From assembly GCA_964202905.1 (NCBI GenBank), contig CAXNJO010000001.1:32001-96000 (forward strand): a DNA stretch of 64,000 nucleotides, read 5' to 3'. The stretch comes from Polyangiales bacterium (GTDB taxonomy: Bacteria > Myxococcota_A > Polyangia > Polyangiales > JADJQN01). The position numbers and the translations under genes are program-made. This document shows positions 22,228 through 31,089 of the stretch, one piece after another. The notes under the pieces were generated by a model. That model ran no database searches, had not been told where the DNA came from, and was given only the letters and a program-made list of their open reading frames with translations. The stretch's first letter is position 1, and each line of letters opens with the position of its first letter.

Positions 22228-23301
22228 TCAGCCGCGGCCGAGTTCGTCGGCGAGCTCCCCGAGCAGCTTCTTCGCGCGCGAGGAGAGCTTCTTCGGGACC
22301 TCGACGACGACGACGACCACGAGGTCGCCGCGGCCGCGCGCCTGCAAACGCTGGATGCCCGCGCCCGAGACGACGACCGTCTCGCCGGACTGCGTCCCGG
22401 CCGGGATCTTCACCTTCGTCTCGCCGCCCTCCAGCGTCGGGATGCGGACCTCCGCGCCGAGCGCCGCCTGCGGGAAGCTGATGCGCAGCTCGTGCACGAG
22501 GTCCGCGCCGTCGCGCTGGAACTGCGGGTGCGGCTCGACCTGCACGGTGACGTAGAGGTGCCCGGGCGGCCCGCCGCGACGGCCCGGCTGCCCCTGATCG
22601 CTCACGCGCAGCGTCTGGCCGTCGTCGATGCCCGCCGGGATCGTGACCTTCACGGTGCGTCGCGCCGCGACCTCGCCGCGCCCGCCGCACTTGCGGCACG
22701 GCTCGCGGACCATCGTGCCCTCGCCCTGACACTGCGGGCACGTCGACGACATCACGAAGGGACCGCGCGCGTGCGCGACCTGCCCGCGCCCGCCGCACAT
22801 CGAGCAGGCCTCGCGCCGCGTGCCGGACGCCGCGCCCGAGCCCTCACAGCCCCCGCACGCGTCGGGGAACTCGGTCTCGACGTCCGTCTTCACGCCGACG
22901 GACGCGTCCTTCAGCGTGAGCGTGACGGCGGTGCGCAGGTCCCCGCCGCGCTGCGGCCCGTCGCGGCGCCCGCGCCGCCCGCCGCCGCCGAAGAGATCGC
23001 CGAAGACGTCCGCGCCGAAGATGTCGCGGAACTGGCTGAAGATGTCGGCCGCGTTGCCGCCGCCGAAGCTCTGGTTCTCGAGCCCCGCGTGGCCGTAGCG
23101 GTCGTAGGCGGCGCGCTTCTGCTCGTCGGAGAGCACCTGATAGGCCTCCGACGCCTCCTTGAAGCGCTCCTCCGCCGTCGCATCCCCGGGGTTGCGGTCC
23201 GGGTGGAACTTCAGTGCCGCGGCGCGGTACGCCTTCTTCACGGCGTCGGGCGTCGCGCCCCGTTCGAGCTCGAGCACCTCGTAGTAGTCACGCTTCGGCA
23301 T
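22228..23301 (-). CDS. dnaJ: Molecular chaperone DnaJ
   Basis: KRDYYEVL, HPDRNPGD, G/F region, four CxxCxGxG zinc-finger motifs, GDL.V.V.V..PKKL. Confidence 0.96.
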   Translation of the reverse strand: MPKRDYYEVLELERGATPDAVKKAYRAAALKFHPDRNPGDATAEERFKEASEAYQVLSDEQKRAAYDRYGHAGLENQSFGGGNAADIFSQFRDIFGADVFGDLFGGGGRRGRRDGPQRGGDLRTAVTLTLKDASVGVKTDVETEFPDACGGCEGSGAASGTRREACSMCGGRGQVAHARGPFVMSSTCPQCQGEGTMVREPCRKCGGRGEVAARRTVKVTIPAGIDDGQTLRVSDQGQPGRRGGPPGHLYVTVQVEPHPQFQRDGADLVHELRISFPQAALGAEVRIPTLEGGETKVKIPAGTQSGETVVVSGAGIQRLQARGRGDLVVVVVVEVPKKLSSRAKKLLGELADELGRG

Positions 23302-23337
23302 GCGGCGCGGGCCAAGGTAAGGGACCGCCCGGGAACG

Positions 23338-23628
23338 TCAAGAGGCGCGGCATGCCCGCCGCCGAGGACGCACGACGCCGAGTCGGCGTGAAAGACCCAG
23401 CGATCGCCGCTCACATGGCGCGCTCGCCGACGCTGAGCGTCTCGTGCTCGAGGCGTGCGCGGCATGCGCAGCGTTTTGCGTCGCACGCTCCACGATCTCG
23501 CCCATGCGCTCGGCGTCACGGTCGGCGACCTCGTCCAGAGTCTCACGCCACCAGCGCCGGGCGGGCTCATGGAGCGGAAACGCGTCGCAATGGGCAAAGA
23601 GCAAGAGGTTGAGATCAGGGATGATCAT
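23338..23628 (-). pseudogene. Truncated/degenerate VapC (PIN) toxin
   Basis: MIIPDLNLLLFAH.DAFPLHE.ARRWW is a VapC N-terminus. Similarity is lost after ~32 aa and no C-terminal acidic PIN motifs are recognisable. Confidence 0.7.
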
Positions 23629-23875
23629 CGACATGAGGCGCCCGCTCGCGTCCTCTTCCGTCAGCGCATCCGCGAGCGCGCCGCAGGCGATCCGGATCGA
23701 CGCCGGGTGCGAGTGCGGAGTGATGCACGAGCGGCTCGTAGCGCTGCGCGGCCGCCTCGCGGAGCCGGCCGCGCAGGGTTTCTTCGATGACGTCACGGAC
23801 CGAGCGCTGCTCGCGTCGCGCGATCTCTTCGAGCTGGCGGTAGATTTCTTCGTCGATGGCCATCATCGTCTGCAT
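23615..23875 (-). pseudogene. VapB-type ribbon-helix-helix antitoxin, frameshifted near C-terminus
   Basis: MQTMMAIDEEIYRQLEEIARREQRSVRDVIEETLR..HHSALAPGVDPDRL; the expected GALADAL.EED tail is in another frame. Confidence 0.7.
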
Positions 23876-24034
23876 TCCTGACGTCTGAGGCATCACGACA
23901 GTAGCGTCAAGAACGGCTCCCGCGTCGCGCTCGCGTCGCCGCCCTCTCCGGCGTCCTTGGGTCCGCGCGCACATTTTTCGCGGCAGTGCGGAACCTGCGC
24001 GGCGCAGCGATGTCGATGCGTGCGGAGGCGAGAC

Positions 24035-25492
24035 ATGGACACACGGACGCTGGCGCTCGAGGTCGTGTTGATGTGGGAGGGTGCGCCCGTGCGCGCCGAG
24101 CTGTGGAGCGCACCGGGCAGGGTCACGGTGGGCGACGCGGAGGGCGCGGACTTCGTGCTGCCGACGGAGGCGCTCGCGGCGCCGTTCACGCTCGCGGAGG
24201 CCGCTGCGGGCGAGGACGCGTGGATCGTGCGGATCCCCGCGGGCGCGGACGCGCTGCTCGAGCAGGACGAGGCCGCGGGGCCGCGCGCGATCGCCAAGGA
24301 GACGCTGCCCGCGGAGGCCGATGGCGCGCGGCTTTTGCGCTGCACGCTCGGGACGCGCGCGCAGGTGCGGCTGGGCGCGTTCTCGCTCTTCGTGCGTGCG
24401 ACGACGCCCGCCGAGAAGACGCCCGCGGCGCCGCTCGTGCGGCTCGCCGATCACCGCTGGCTGCTCGCGTCGGTCGCGGTGCACGGCGCCTTCCTCGCGG
24501 GGATGTTCTTCATGCCGCCCGCGTCGAGCGCGCTCACGCTCGACACCGACACCGCGCAGCTGCGCATGCTGCGCTACACGCTCGAGGCCGCGGAGCGCGC
24601 GGAGCCCGAGCCGATGGTGTCACCCGACACGGAGACGGGCGCGCAGAGCGAGGGGCGCGCGAGCGCGGGTGAGGCGGGCACCGCGGGCGCACGCGACGAG
24701 ACACGGCGCACCGGCGGCGGCGCACGGGCGCGCGGCCCGTCGGAGGACACGCGCATCCCGCTCACGCAGGAGTCGGTGCGCACGGCGGGCATCCTCGGCG
24801 CGCTCGCGGCGCTGCGGCTCGACACCAGCGTGAGCTCGCCTTTCGGCGCGGCCGAGGCGCAGGGCGCAGGCACCATCGACGCGTACGGCGACCTCGCGGC
24901 GCTCACCGCGGGCTTCAGCGCCGGCACGGGCGGGCTCTCGATGCACGGCATCGGGCGCGGCGGCGGCTGCCAGGGCGGCGTCTGCGGCGCGGGCACCTAC
25001 GGGCTCGGCGACCTCGACGGAATCGGCGCGCGCACCGGCACCTGCGGCGCCGACGAGTTCGCGCGGCTCTCGGCGCAGCTCGGCCGGGCGCGGGCGATGG
25101 ACCAGTGCACGGGCACGGTCGGCCACAACGTCGGCCTCAGCGGGACGCGTCGCGGCCGCGTGCCGCCCCAGCCCCAGCCGACGGTCACCACGCTCAACGG
25201 CCTCTCGCGCGAGCAGATCCGGCGCACCGTGCAGCGCCACCTCGCGGAGGTGCGTCACTGCTACGAGCAGCGCCTGATCAGCCGGCCGGACCTCGAGGGC
25301 CGCGTGAGCGTGCAGTTCCTCATCGCGCAGAGCGGCGCGGTGCAGGGCGCGGTCGTCGACGCGGGGCGCAGCGATCTCGGGGACGCGCCGGCCGCGGCGT
25401 GCGTCGCGCAGGCCGTCTCGCGCTGGTCGTTCAGCCCGTCCGAGGGCGTGACCTCGGTGACGTATCCGTTCGTCTTCGCGCGGCCCGAGTGA
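24035..25492 (+). CDS. AgmX/PglI C-terminal (TonB-like) domain protein, GltG/GltJ-like
   Basis: Single TM (SVAVHGAFL), Gly-rich region GIGRGGG, C-terminal LSREQIRRTV.RH..EVRHCYE..L..RPDLEGRV.V.F.I..G.V..CV..W.F..VTYPFVF. Confidence 0.85.
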   Translation: MDTRTLALEVVLMWEGAPVRAELWSAPGRVTVGDAEGADFVLPTEALAAPFTLAEAAAGEDAWIVRIPAGADALLEQDEAAGPRAIAKETLPAEADGARLLRCTLGTRAQVRLGAFSLFVRATTPAEKTPAAPLVRLADHRWLLASVAVHGAFLAGMFFMPPASSALTLDTDTAQLRMLRYTLEAAERAEPEPMVSPDTETGAQSEGRASAGEAGTAGARDETRRTGGGARARGPSEDTRIPLTQESVRTAGILGALAALRLDTSVSSPFGAAEAQGAGTIDAYGDLAALTAGFSAGTGGLSMHGIGRGGGCQGGVCGAGTYGLGDLDGIGARTGTCGADEFARLSAQLGRARAMDQCTGTVGHNVGLSGTRRGRVPPQPQPTVTTLNGLSREQIRRTVQRHLAEVRHCYEQRLISRPDLEGRVSVQFLIAQSGAVQGAVVDAGRSDLGDAPAAACVAQAVSRWSFSPSEGVTSVTYPFVFARPE

Positions 25493-25544
25493 GCGGCGCG
25501 CGCGGCACGCGCGGATCGTGAGTCTGGAAAGAATGGAAGTAGGG

Positions 25545-25578
25545 GGAGGCCGGCGCGGAGTGTTTCGCGTCGGCCTCC
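25545..25578. terminator. Strong GC hairpin, terminator-like
   Basis: GGAGGCCGGCGCGGA-GTGT-TTCGCGTCGGCCTCC, a 15-bp stem with two G-U pairs, downstream of the AgmX-like gene. Confidence 0.55.
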
Positions 25579-25670
25579 TTCGCGTTCGGGCGGTGGCGAT
25601 GCGCGGCGTGTCGAAGCGCGTGATCTGCGGGGTGCGTGCGTGCGCGCGCGCGTCGGACCAAGGTCCGCGC

Positions 25671-26834
25671 GTGGAGCGCGCCTCGGTCTACGTGCACTTT
25701 CCGTGGTGCCTGCAGAAGTGCCCGTACTGCGACTTCGCGACGCGGCCCATCGCGCGGCCCGACGTGCCGCACGACGCCTACGCGGACGCGGTGCTCGCCG
25801 AGCTCGCGCGGCGCGCGGAGTCCTTTGGCGAGCGCGCGCTCGTGTCGGTGTTCTTCGGCGGGGGCACGCCCTCGCTCTGGTCGCCGCGGGCGCTCGGGCG
25901 CGTGCTCGACGGGATCCGCGCCGCGTTCCGCCGCGAGGAAGACGCGCTCGAGATCACCGTCGAGTGCAATCCCTCGTCGCTCGACGCCGCGCGCGCGCGG
26001 GAGCTCGCCGCCGTCGGCGTGAACCGGCTCTCGGTCGGCGTGCAGTCGCTCGACCCGCAGCGGCTCCGTTTTCTGGGGCGACTGCACGATCCGGAGGGCG
26101 CGCTCGCCGCGCTCGATCACGCGCTCGCCGCCGTGCCGCGCGTGAGCGGCGACCTGATGTTCGGGCAGCCGGGTCAGACGGCCGAGGAATTCGCGCGCGA
26201 GGTCGAGGTGCTGACCGCGCGCGGCTTGCGGCACGTGTCGGCGTACGCGCTCACCATCGAGCCGGACACGCAATTCGGCGCGCTCGCGCGGAAGGGGAAG
26301 CTGCCGCTCGCCCGCGAGGACGACGTCGCGGGCACCTTCGACACGGCGCGCGCGGCCTTCGCGGCGCGCGGACTCGCGCACTACGAGGTCAGCAACCACG
26401 CGACGCCGGGCGAGGAGTCGCGCCACAACCTGCACTACTGGCGCGGCGGCGACTACCTCGGGCTCGGCGCGGGCGCCGTCGGCTGCCTCGCGGTGCCGGG
26501 CACGCGCGACGCGCGGCGCTGGCGCAACACGCCCGACGCGCCCGCCTACCTCGCGGCCGCGCACGCCGGGGACCTCGACGCGCTCACCGCGGAGACGGAG
26601 ACGCTCTCACCCGGGGACCGCGCGCGCGAGGCGCTCATGCTCGGCCTGCGCACGGCGGAGGGCGTCGACCTCGATGCGCTCGCGGCGCGCACCGGCGTCG
26701 AGGTGCGCGCGTCCCGCGCGGCGGTGCTCGCGCGACGGCAGGCCTCGGGCGATCTCGTGCGCGAGGGCGCGCGGCTCCGTGTCCCGCACGGGCGCTGGCT
26801 GTTCCTCGACGGCATCGTCGCCGACCTCTTCTGA
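25671..26834 (+). CDS. hemW: Radical SAM heme chaperone HemW
   Basis: YVHFPWCLQKCPYCDF, FFGGGTPS, VECNP, GVNRLSVGVQS, HYEVSN, SRHNLHYW. Confidence 0.9.
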   Translation: MERASVYVHFPWCLQKCPYCDFATRPIARPDVPHDAYADAVLAELARRAESFGERALVSVFFGGGTPSLWSPRALGRVLDGIRAAFRREEDALEITVECNPSSLDAARARELAAVGVNRLSVGVQSLDPQRLRFLGRLHDPEGALAALDHALAAVPRVSGDLMFGQPGQTAEEFAREVEVLTARGLRHVSAYALTIEPDTQFGALARKGKLPLAREDDVAGTFDTARAAFAARGLAHYEVSNHATPGEESRHNLHYWRGGDYLGLGAGAVGCLAVPGTRDARRWRNTPDAPAYLAAAHAGDLDALTAETETLSPGDRAREALMLGLRTAEGVDLDALAARTGVEVRASRAAVLARRQASGDLVREGARLRVPHGRWLFLDGIVADLF

Positions 26835-26881
26835 TCGCCTCCGGGCGCGGACGCGCGGCGGCGCAGGCGTCGATCGCGCGG

Positions 26882-27613
26882 ATGACCCCGCGGGCGCGGG
26901 GCGCTACGCTCGCGCGCGACGTGGCCGACGCACTCGACTTCGACGCAGTCACCGCGCGCGGCCTCGTGAAGGTGTACGGGCCGACGCGCGCCCTCGCGGG
27001 CGTGGACATCACCCTCGCAGCGGGGTGTGTGACCTCGATCGAAGGCCCGAACGGCAGCGGCAAGTCCACGCTGCTCGGCCTGCTCGCGCTGCTCGCGCGG
27101 CCCACCCGCGGCGCCATCCGCTACGGCGCGCACGACGCCGAACACGGCGGTCCGGCGCTGCGCGCGCGCATCGGCGTGCTCGCGCACGCGGCGATGATCT
27201 ACCCCGACCTCACGGGCCGCGAGAACCTCCGCCTCTTCGCGGAGCTGCACGGCCTCGCGGATCGCGGCGCGCGGATCGCCGCGATCCTCGCGCGCTTCGA
27301 GGTCGGCGCCTTCGTCGATCGGCCCGCGCGCACGTACTCGCGCGGGCAGCTCCAGCGGGTCGCGCTCGCGCGCGCGCTCGTCCACGCGCCGCGGCTCCTG
27401 CTGCTCGACGAGCCCTCGACCGGACTCGACGCGCCGTCCGTCGAGCGCCTCGCGCGCACCGTCGCGGAGGAGCGCGCGCGCGGCACGATCGTGGCGCTCG
27501 TGACGCACGACGAGCCGCTCGCGGCGCGCCTCGCCGACGTGCGGATCCGCCTCGAGCGCGGGCGGGTCGTCGCCGCGCCGACGCGCGCGGTGGCCCCGGA
27601 GGCGACGGCGTGA
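26882..27613 (+). CDS. ccmA: Heme exporter ATP-binding protein CcmA
   Basis: GPNGSGKST, YPDLTGRENL, YSRGQLQRVALAR, LLLDEP, VTHD; overlaps ccmB. Start may be GTG 26921. Confidence 0.85.
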   Translation: MTPRARGATLARDVADALDFDAVTARGLVKVYGPTRALAGVDITLAAGCVTSIEGPNGSGKSTLLGLLALLARPTRGAIRYGAHDAEHGGPALRARIGVLAHAAMIYPDLTGRENLRLFAELHGLADRGARIAAILARFEVGAFVDRPARTYSRGQLQRVALARALVHAPRLLLLDEPSTGLDAPSVERLARTVAEERARGTIVALVTHDEPLAARLADVRIRLERGRVVAAPTRAVAPEATA

Positions 27614-28290
27614 TCGGCACGCTGCGGACCGCGTGGCTCGTCGCCGCGAAGGATCTGCGCATCGAGGCGCGCACCGGCGAGGTGGTGCTCTCGACGTCGT
27701 TCTTCGGCGCGCTCGTCGCGGTGATCGCGTCGCTCTCCTTCTACCTCGACGACGCGACCGCGCAGCGCCTCGCGCCCGGCGTGCTGTGGGTGAGCATCGC
27801 TTTCTCGGGCGTGCTCGCGATGGGCCGCAGCTGGGCGCGCGAGCGCGAGCACGATGTGCTGCGTGGCCTGCTCCTGACGCCCGCCTCGCGCGCTGGCGTG
27901 TATCTCGGCAAGGCGCTCGGCGCGCTCGTGTTTTTGCTCGTCGTCGAGGCGCTGCTCGTGCCGCTCGTCGCGCTCTTCTTCCACGTCTGGCTGCCACCCG
28001 TGCTGCTGCCGCTCGCCGCGCTGCTCGTGCTCGGGACGGTGGGCTTCGTGGCCGCGGGCACGCTGTTCTCTGCGATGACGGTGCGGACGCGCGCGCGGGA
28101 GCTCGTGCTCTCGGTGGTGCTCTTCCCGCTGGTGTCGCCCGCGCTGCTCGCGGGCGTCGTCGCGACGCGCGAGGTGTTCGGCGGCGCCGGGCTCGGCGAG
28201 ACGCTCGGCTGGGTGCGCATCCTCGCGGCGTTCGACGTCGTGTTCCTCGCCGGCGGGCTGCTGCTCTTCGAGCCGCTCATGGCCGACTGA
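27610..28290 (+). CDS. ccmB: Heme exporter permease CcmB
   Basis: KDLRIE.R, APGVLWV..FSG, SW.RERE...L.GL, YLGKA, RARE..LS..LFPL..P, six TM helices. Confidence 0.9.
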   Translation: MIGTLRTAWLVAAKDLRIEARTGEVVLSTSFFGALVAVIASLSFYLDDATAQRLAPGVLWVSIAFSGVLAMGRSWAREREHDVLRGLLLTPASRAGVYLGKALGALVFLLVVEALLVPLVALFFHVWLPPVLLPLAALLVLGTVGFVAAGTLFSAMTVRTRARELVLSVVLFPLVSPALLAGVVATREVFGGAGLGETLGWVRILAAFDVVFLAGGLLLFEPLMAD

Positions 28291-28317
28291 GGTCGTCACG
28301 CGCGACGGCGCGCGCGC

Positions 28318-28929
28318 TCAGCGGAACGACTCGATCAGCTCGAGCGCGAGCGGGCCCCCCCAATCGCGGGCGCCGTCGACGCGCGCGCGGATGAGACCGC
28401 GCTTGTCGACGATCCACGTCTCCGGGTAGAGCCGCGTCCCGTAGCGGCCGCGGACGATCGCGCGCTCCGGGTCGAAGAGCACGGTCATCCGCGTGCCCGA
28501 CGGCAGCACGCTCGCGACCGCGTCGTGGCCTGCGTCGGTGCTGATCGTGACGAGCTCGACGTCGTCGAAGCGGCGCCGCAACGTGCGGTCGAGCGCGTCG
28601 AGCGCGGGCAGCTCCTCGACGCAGGGGCCGCAGGTGATGGACCAGAAGTTCATCACGACGACCTTCTTCCCGCGGCGCTCCGAGAGACGCCAGGGCCGGC
28701 CGTCCTTGTCGCGCAGCGTGAAGTCGGGCGCCGTGCGGTCCTCGCCGTGGTAGCCCTGCGGCGGGGTCTCGCCGGCGGCGATCGCCTCGTAGGCCTGGTT
28801 GCCGATCATCGCGCGGAGGGGCGCCTCGCGGCGGCGCGCTTCGCCGTCGGCCGCCGCGCCCGCGAAGAGGAACGCGAGCGGGAAGCCGAGCAGCAGGGCG
28901 AGGAGCGTCGCGTAGGTCTCGCTGCGCAT
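28318..28929 (-). CDS. TlpA/ResA-like membrane-anchored thiol:disulfide oxidoreductase
   Basis: N-terminal TM, APDFTL, VVMNFWSITCGPCVEELP, YPETWIVD. Confidence 0.88.
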   Translation of the reverse strand: MRSETYATLLALLLGFPLAFLFAGAAADGEARRREAPLRAMIGNQAYEAIAAGETPPQGYHGEDRTAPDFTLRDKDGRPWRLSERRGKKVVVMNFWSITCGPCVEELPALDALDRTLRRRFDDVELVTISTDAGHDAVASVLPSGTRMTVLFDPERAIVRGRYGTRLYPETWIVDKRGLIRARVDGARDWGGPLALELIESFR

Positions 28930-29130
28930 GGACGGGGTTGCTTACGTGCGCCGCGCGCGGGGCGCAAGGCGTCCCGGCGGGACGCAGTCCTGGCACAGAT
29001 CGACACAACACGGCGCGACGCGCACGTCGGAGGGCGGGCGTTGCCCCGCGCGAAGACTTGGAATCTAATGGCTTTTCCGCCGTCCCCGGCATGGCACAAC
29101 TCCTGCTCAAGCCCTCCGCGGAGGACGACG

Positions 29131-30420
29131 ATGACCCAACCGACCCGCACCACGCTGCCCCTGACACTCGCGGCCCTCGTCGCCGCCGGCCTGCTCGCCG
29201 GCTGCTACGAGACCCAGCCCCCCGGCACCGCGTGCCCCCCGGCCTTCGAGCCGGTGTGCGGCGACGACGGGATCACCTACGCGAACGAGTGCGACGCGGC
29301 CGCGGCCGGCGCCAGCGTCGTGCGGCGTGGCCCGTGCGAGACGGGCAACGCTTGCACGTCCGACACGGACTGCGACCTCGGTGCGGTCTGCGACGCGTCG
29401 CCATGCCCGGTGCCGAGCTGCGCCCCGGGGTCGCCCTGCCCGACGCCGCCGCGCTGCGACGCGGGGGGCACCTGCGAGGCGTGCGTGTGCACCGCGGAGT
29501 TCGCGCCCGTCTGCGGCGCAGACGGCGTCACCTACGCCAACGCCTGCCAGGCGCGGTGCGCGCACGTCGCGGTCGCACGCGCGGAGCCGTGCGACGCGTC
29601 GTGCGAACCCGTGCTCTGCGAGCTCTACTGCGAGTACGGCTTCGCCCCCGGGCCCGATGGCTGCGAGACCTGCAGCTGCAACCCGCCGCCCTCGTGTCCG
29701 GAAGACGCGCGCTGCGGCCTCTACTGCGAGTTCGGCTACGTCCGCGACGCGCGCGGCTGCGAGACCTGCGCGTGCGTGCCGCCGCCGACGTGCGAGCCCG
29801 TCCTCTGCGACCTGTACTGCCCGTACGGCTTCGCGCGCGGTCGCGACGGCTGTGAGCTCTGCGCGTGCGTGCCGCCGCCGACGTGCGAGCCCGTCCTCTG
29901 CGACCTGTACTGCCCGTACGGCTTCGCGCGCGGTCGCGACGGCTGTGAGCTCTGCGCGTGCAACCCCGGTCCGGAAGACCCCGGCTGCCTCGACGACATG
30001 GCGTGCCTCGCCTCGGGCGCGGGCGACTACTGCGACTTCTCGATGCCCATGTGCGCCACGCCGGACTGCAGGCCGGACGAGCCCTGCCCGCCCGCGGTCT
30101 GCTACGGCACCTGCGCGCGGCGCGTCGACTGCCCGGTCATCACCTGCGAGATCGCTTGCGAGTACGGCTTCGGGCGGGACGAGAGCGGCTGCGAGATCTG
30201 CGCGTGCAACCCGCCGCCCCCGACGCCGCCCGCGGTGCGGCTGTGTCTCAGCGCGTCGGCGTGCGCGCTGATGGGCGAGTACTGCGACACGAGCGTGTGC
30301 TTCGCGGCGCCCTGCCCGCCCGGCATGGCGTGTCCCGCCGTCTGCTACGGCGTCTGCGCGCCCAGCTCGAGCGGCGGTGGCAGCAGCGGCGGCAGCGGCG
30401 GCACGCCGACCCCGCGCTGA
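29131..30420 (+). CDS. Cys-rich lipoprotein with two Kazal domains and five antistasin-like repeats
   Basis: Lipobox LLAGC; PVCGDDGITYANEC and PVCGADGVTYANAC; repeated C...C.LYC.YGF....GCE.C.C; GGAGG RBS. Confidence 0.85.
   Translation: MTQPTRTTLPLTLAALVAAGLLAGCYETQPPGTACPPAFEPVCGDDGITYANECDAAAAGASVVRRGPCETGNACTSDTDCDLGAVCDASPCPVPSCAPGSPCPTPPRCDAGGTCEACVCTAEFAPVCGADGVTYANACQARCAHVAVARAEPCDASCEPVLCELYCEYGFAPGPDGCETCSCNPPPSCPEDARCGLYCEFGYVRDARGCETCACVPPPTCEPVLCDLYCPYGFARGRDGCELCACVPPPTCEPVLCDLYCPYGFARGRDGCELCACNPGPEDPGCLDDMACLASGAGDYCDFSMPMCATPDCRPDEPCPPAVCYGTCARRVDCPVITCEIACEYGFGRDESGCEICACNPPPPTPPAVRLCLSASACALMGEYCDTSVCFAAPCPPGMACPAVCYGVCAPSSSGGGSSGGSGGTPTPR
29766..29961 (+). repeat. Exact 93-bp tandem duplication encoding antistasin-like repeats
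   Basis: 29766-29858 is identical to 29859-29951, followed by 10 bp of a third copy. Confidence 0.9.
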
Positions 30421-30912
30421 TCAGCGGCGCGGCGCGAGCGGATCGGCGACGGCCTGCGGGGTGACGCGCAGGCCGTCGACGCGCAGGTGCACGCCCGCGT
30501 CGTCCTCGTCGAGCAGCGCCCCGAGCTGCACCTGCGCGTGACGGTCGAAGCGCGCCGCGAGGCGCCCGCCGCGCGCGTCGCAGTAGAGGGCGTCGTCGGG
30601 GCCGAGGCGCAGCGTCCCGGGGTCGAGCGGCTCCTCGCGGCCGTCGGAGAGCCGCAGGCGCACGTGGTCGCCCTCGATCGACACGGCGCGCACGAAGAGC
30701 GGCGCGCCCTCGATCGTCACGTACGCCCAGCCGAGCTCGTTGCGCAGGCAGAGGCGGCCGTCCTCGGCGCGGTCGACCCACGCATCGAAGGCGCGCACGA
30801 GGTTCGCGTGCTCGAGCGGCACGCCATCCTGCGACCAGCGGCCGGCCGCGTCGCGCACGATGGTCGTCTCGCGGGAGAAGCCCGGAGGGGGAACGAACGC
30901 GCCTGCTGGCAT
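30421..30912 (-). CDS. DUF1285-like protein
   Basis: SRETTIVRDAAGRW.QDG.PLEH, WAYVTIEGAPLFV, LSDGREEPLDP.TL, ARF.R.AQ. Start approximate. Confidence 0.7.
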   Translation of the reverse strand: MPAGAFVPPPGFSRETTIVRDAAGRWSQDGVPLEHANLVRAFDAWVDRAEDGRLCLRNELGWAYVTIEGAPLFVRAVSIEGDHVRLRLSDGREEPLDPGTLRLGPDDALYCDARGGRLAARFDRHAQVQLGALLDEDDAGVHLRVDGLRVTPQAVADPLAPRR

Positions 30913-31089
30913 GCGGCCGACTGTGGGGTCGGCGGCGACGACGCGCGAGCCGTCGGCCACGCGAACGGGGGCGGCGCCCACCGCATCGACGCGCAGGCGC
31001 GGCGGGGCGCCGCACACGATTCGCACTGGCGGTGCAACGAACCGTTGACGGCGCGCCGCGCGGGGGAGAACTCTACCCATGTGCCTCGC

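Noticed and set aside
25671..26834. Oxygen-independent coproporphyrinogen III oxidase HemN
   Set aside because: The HNxxYW motif and CPYCDF indicate HemW.
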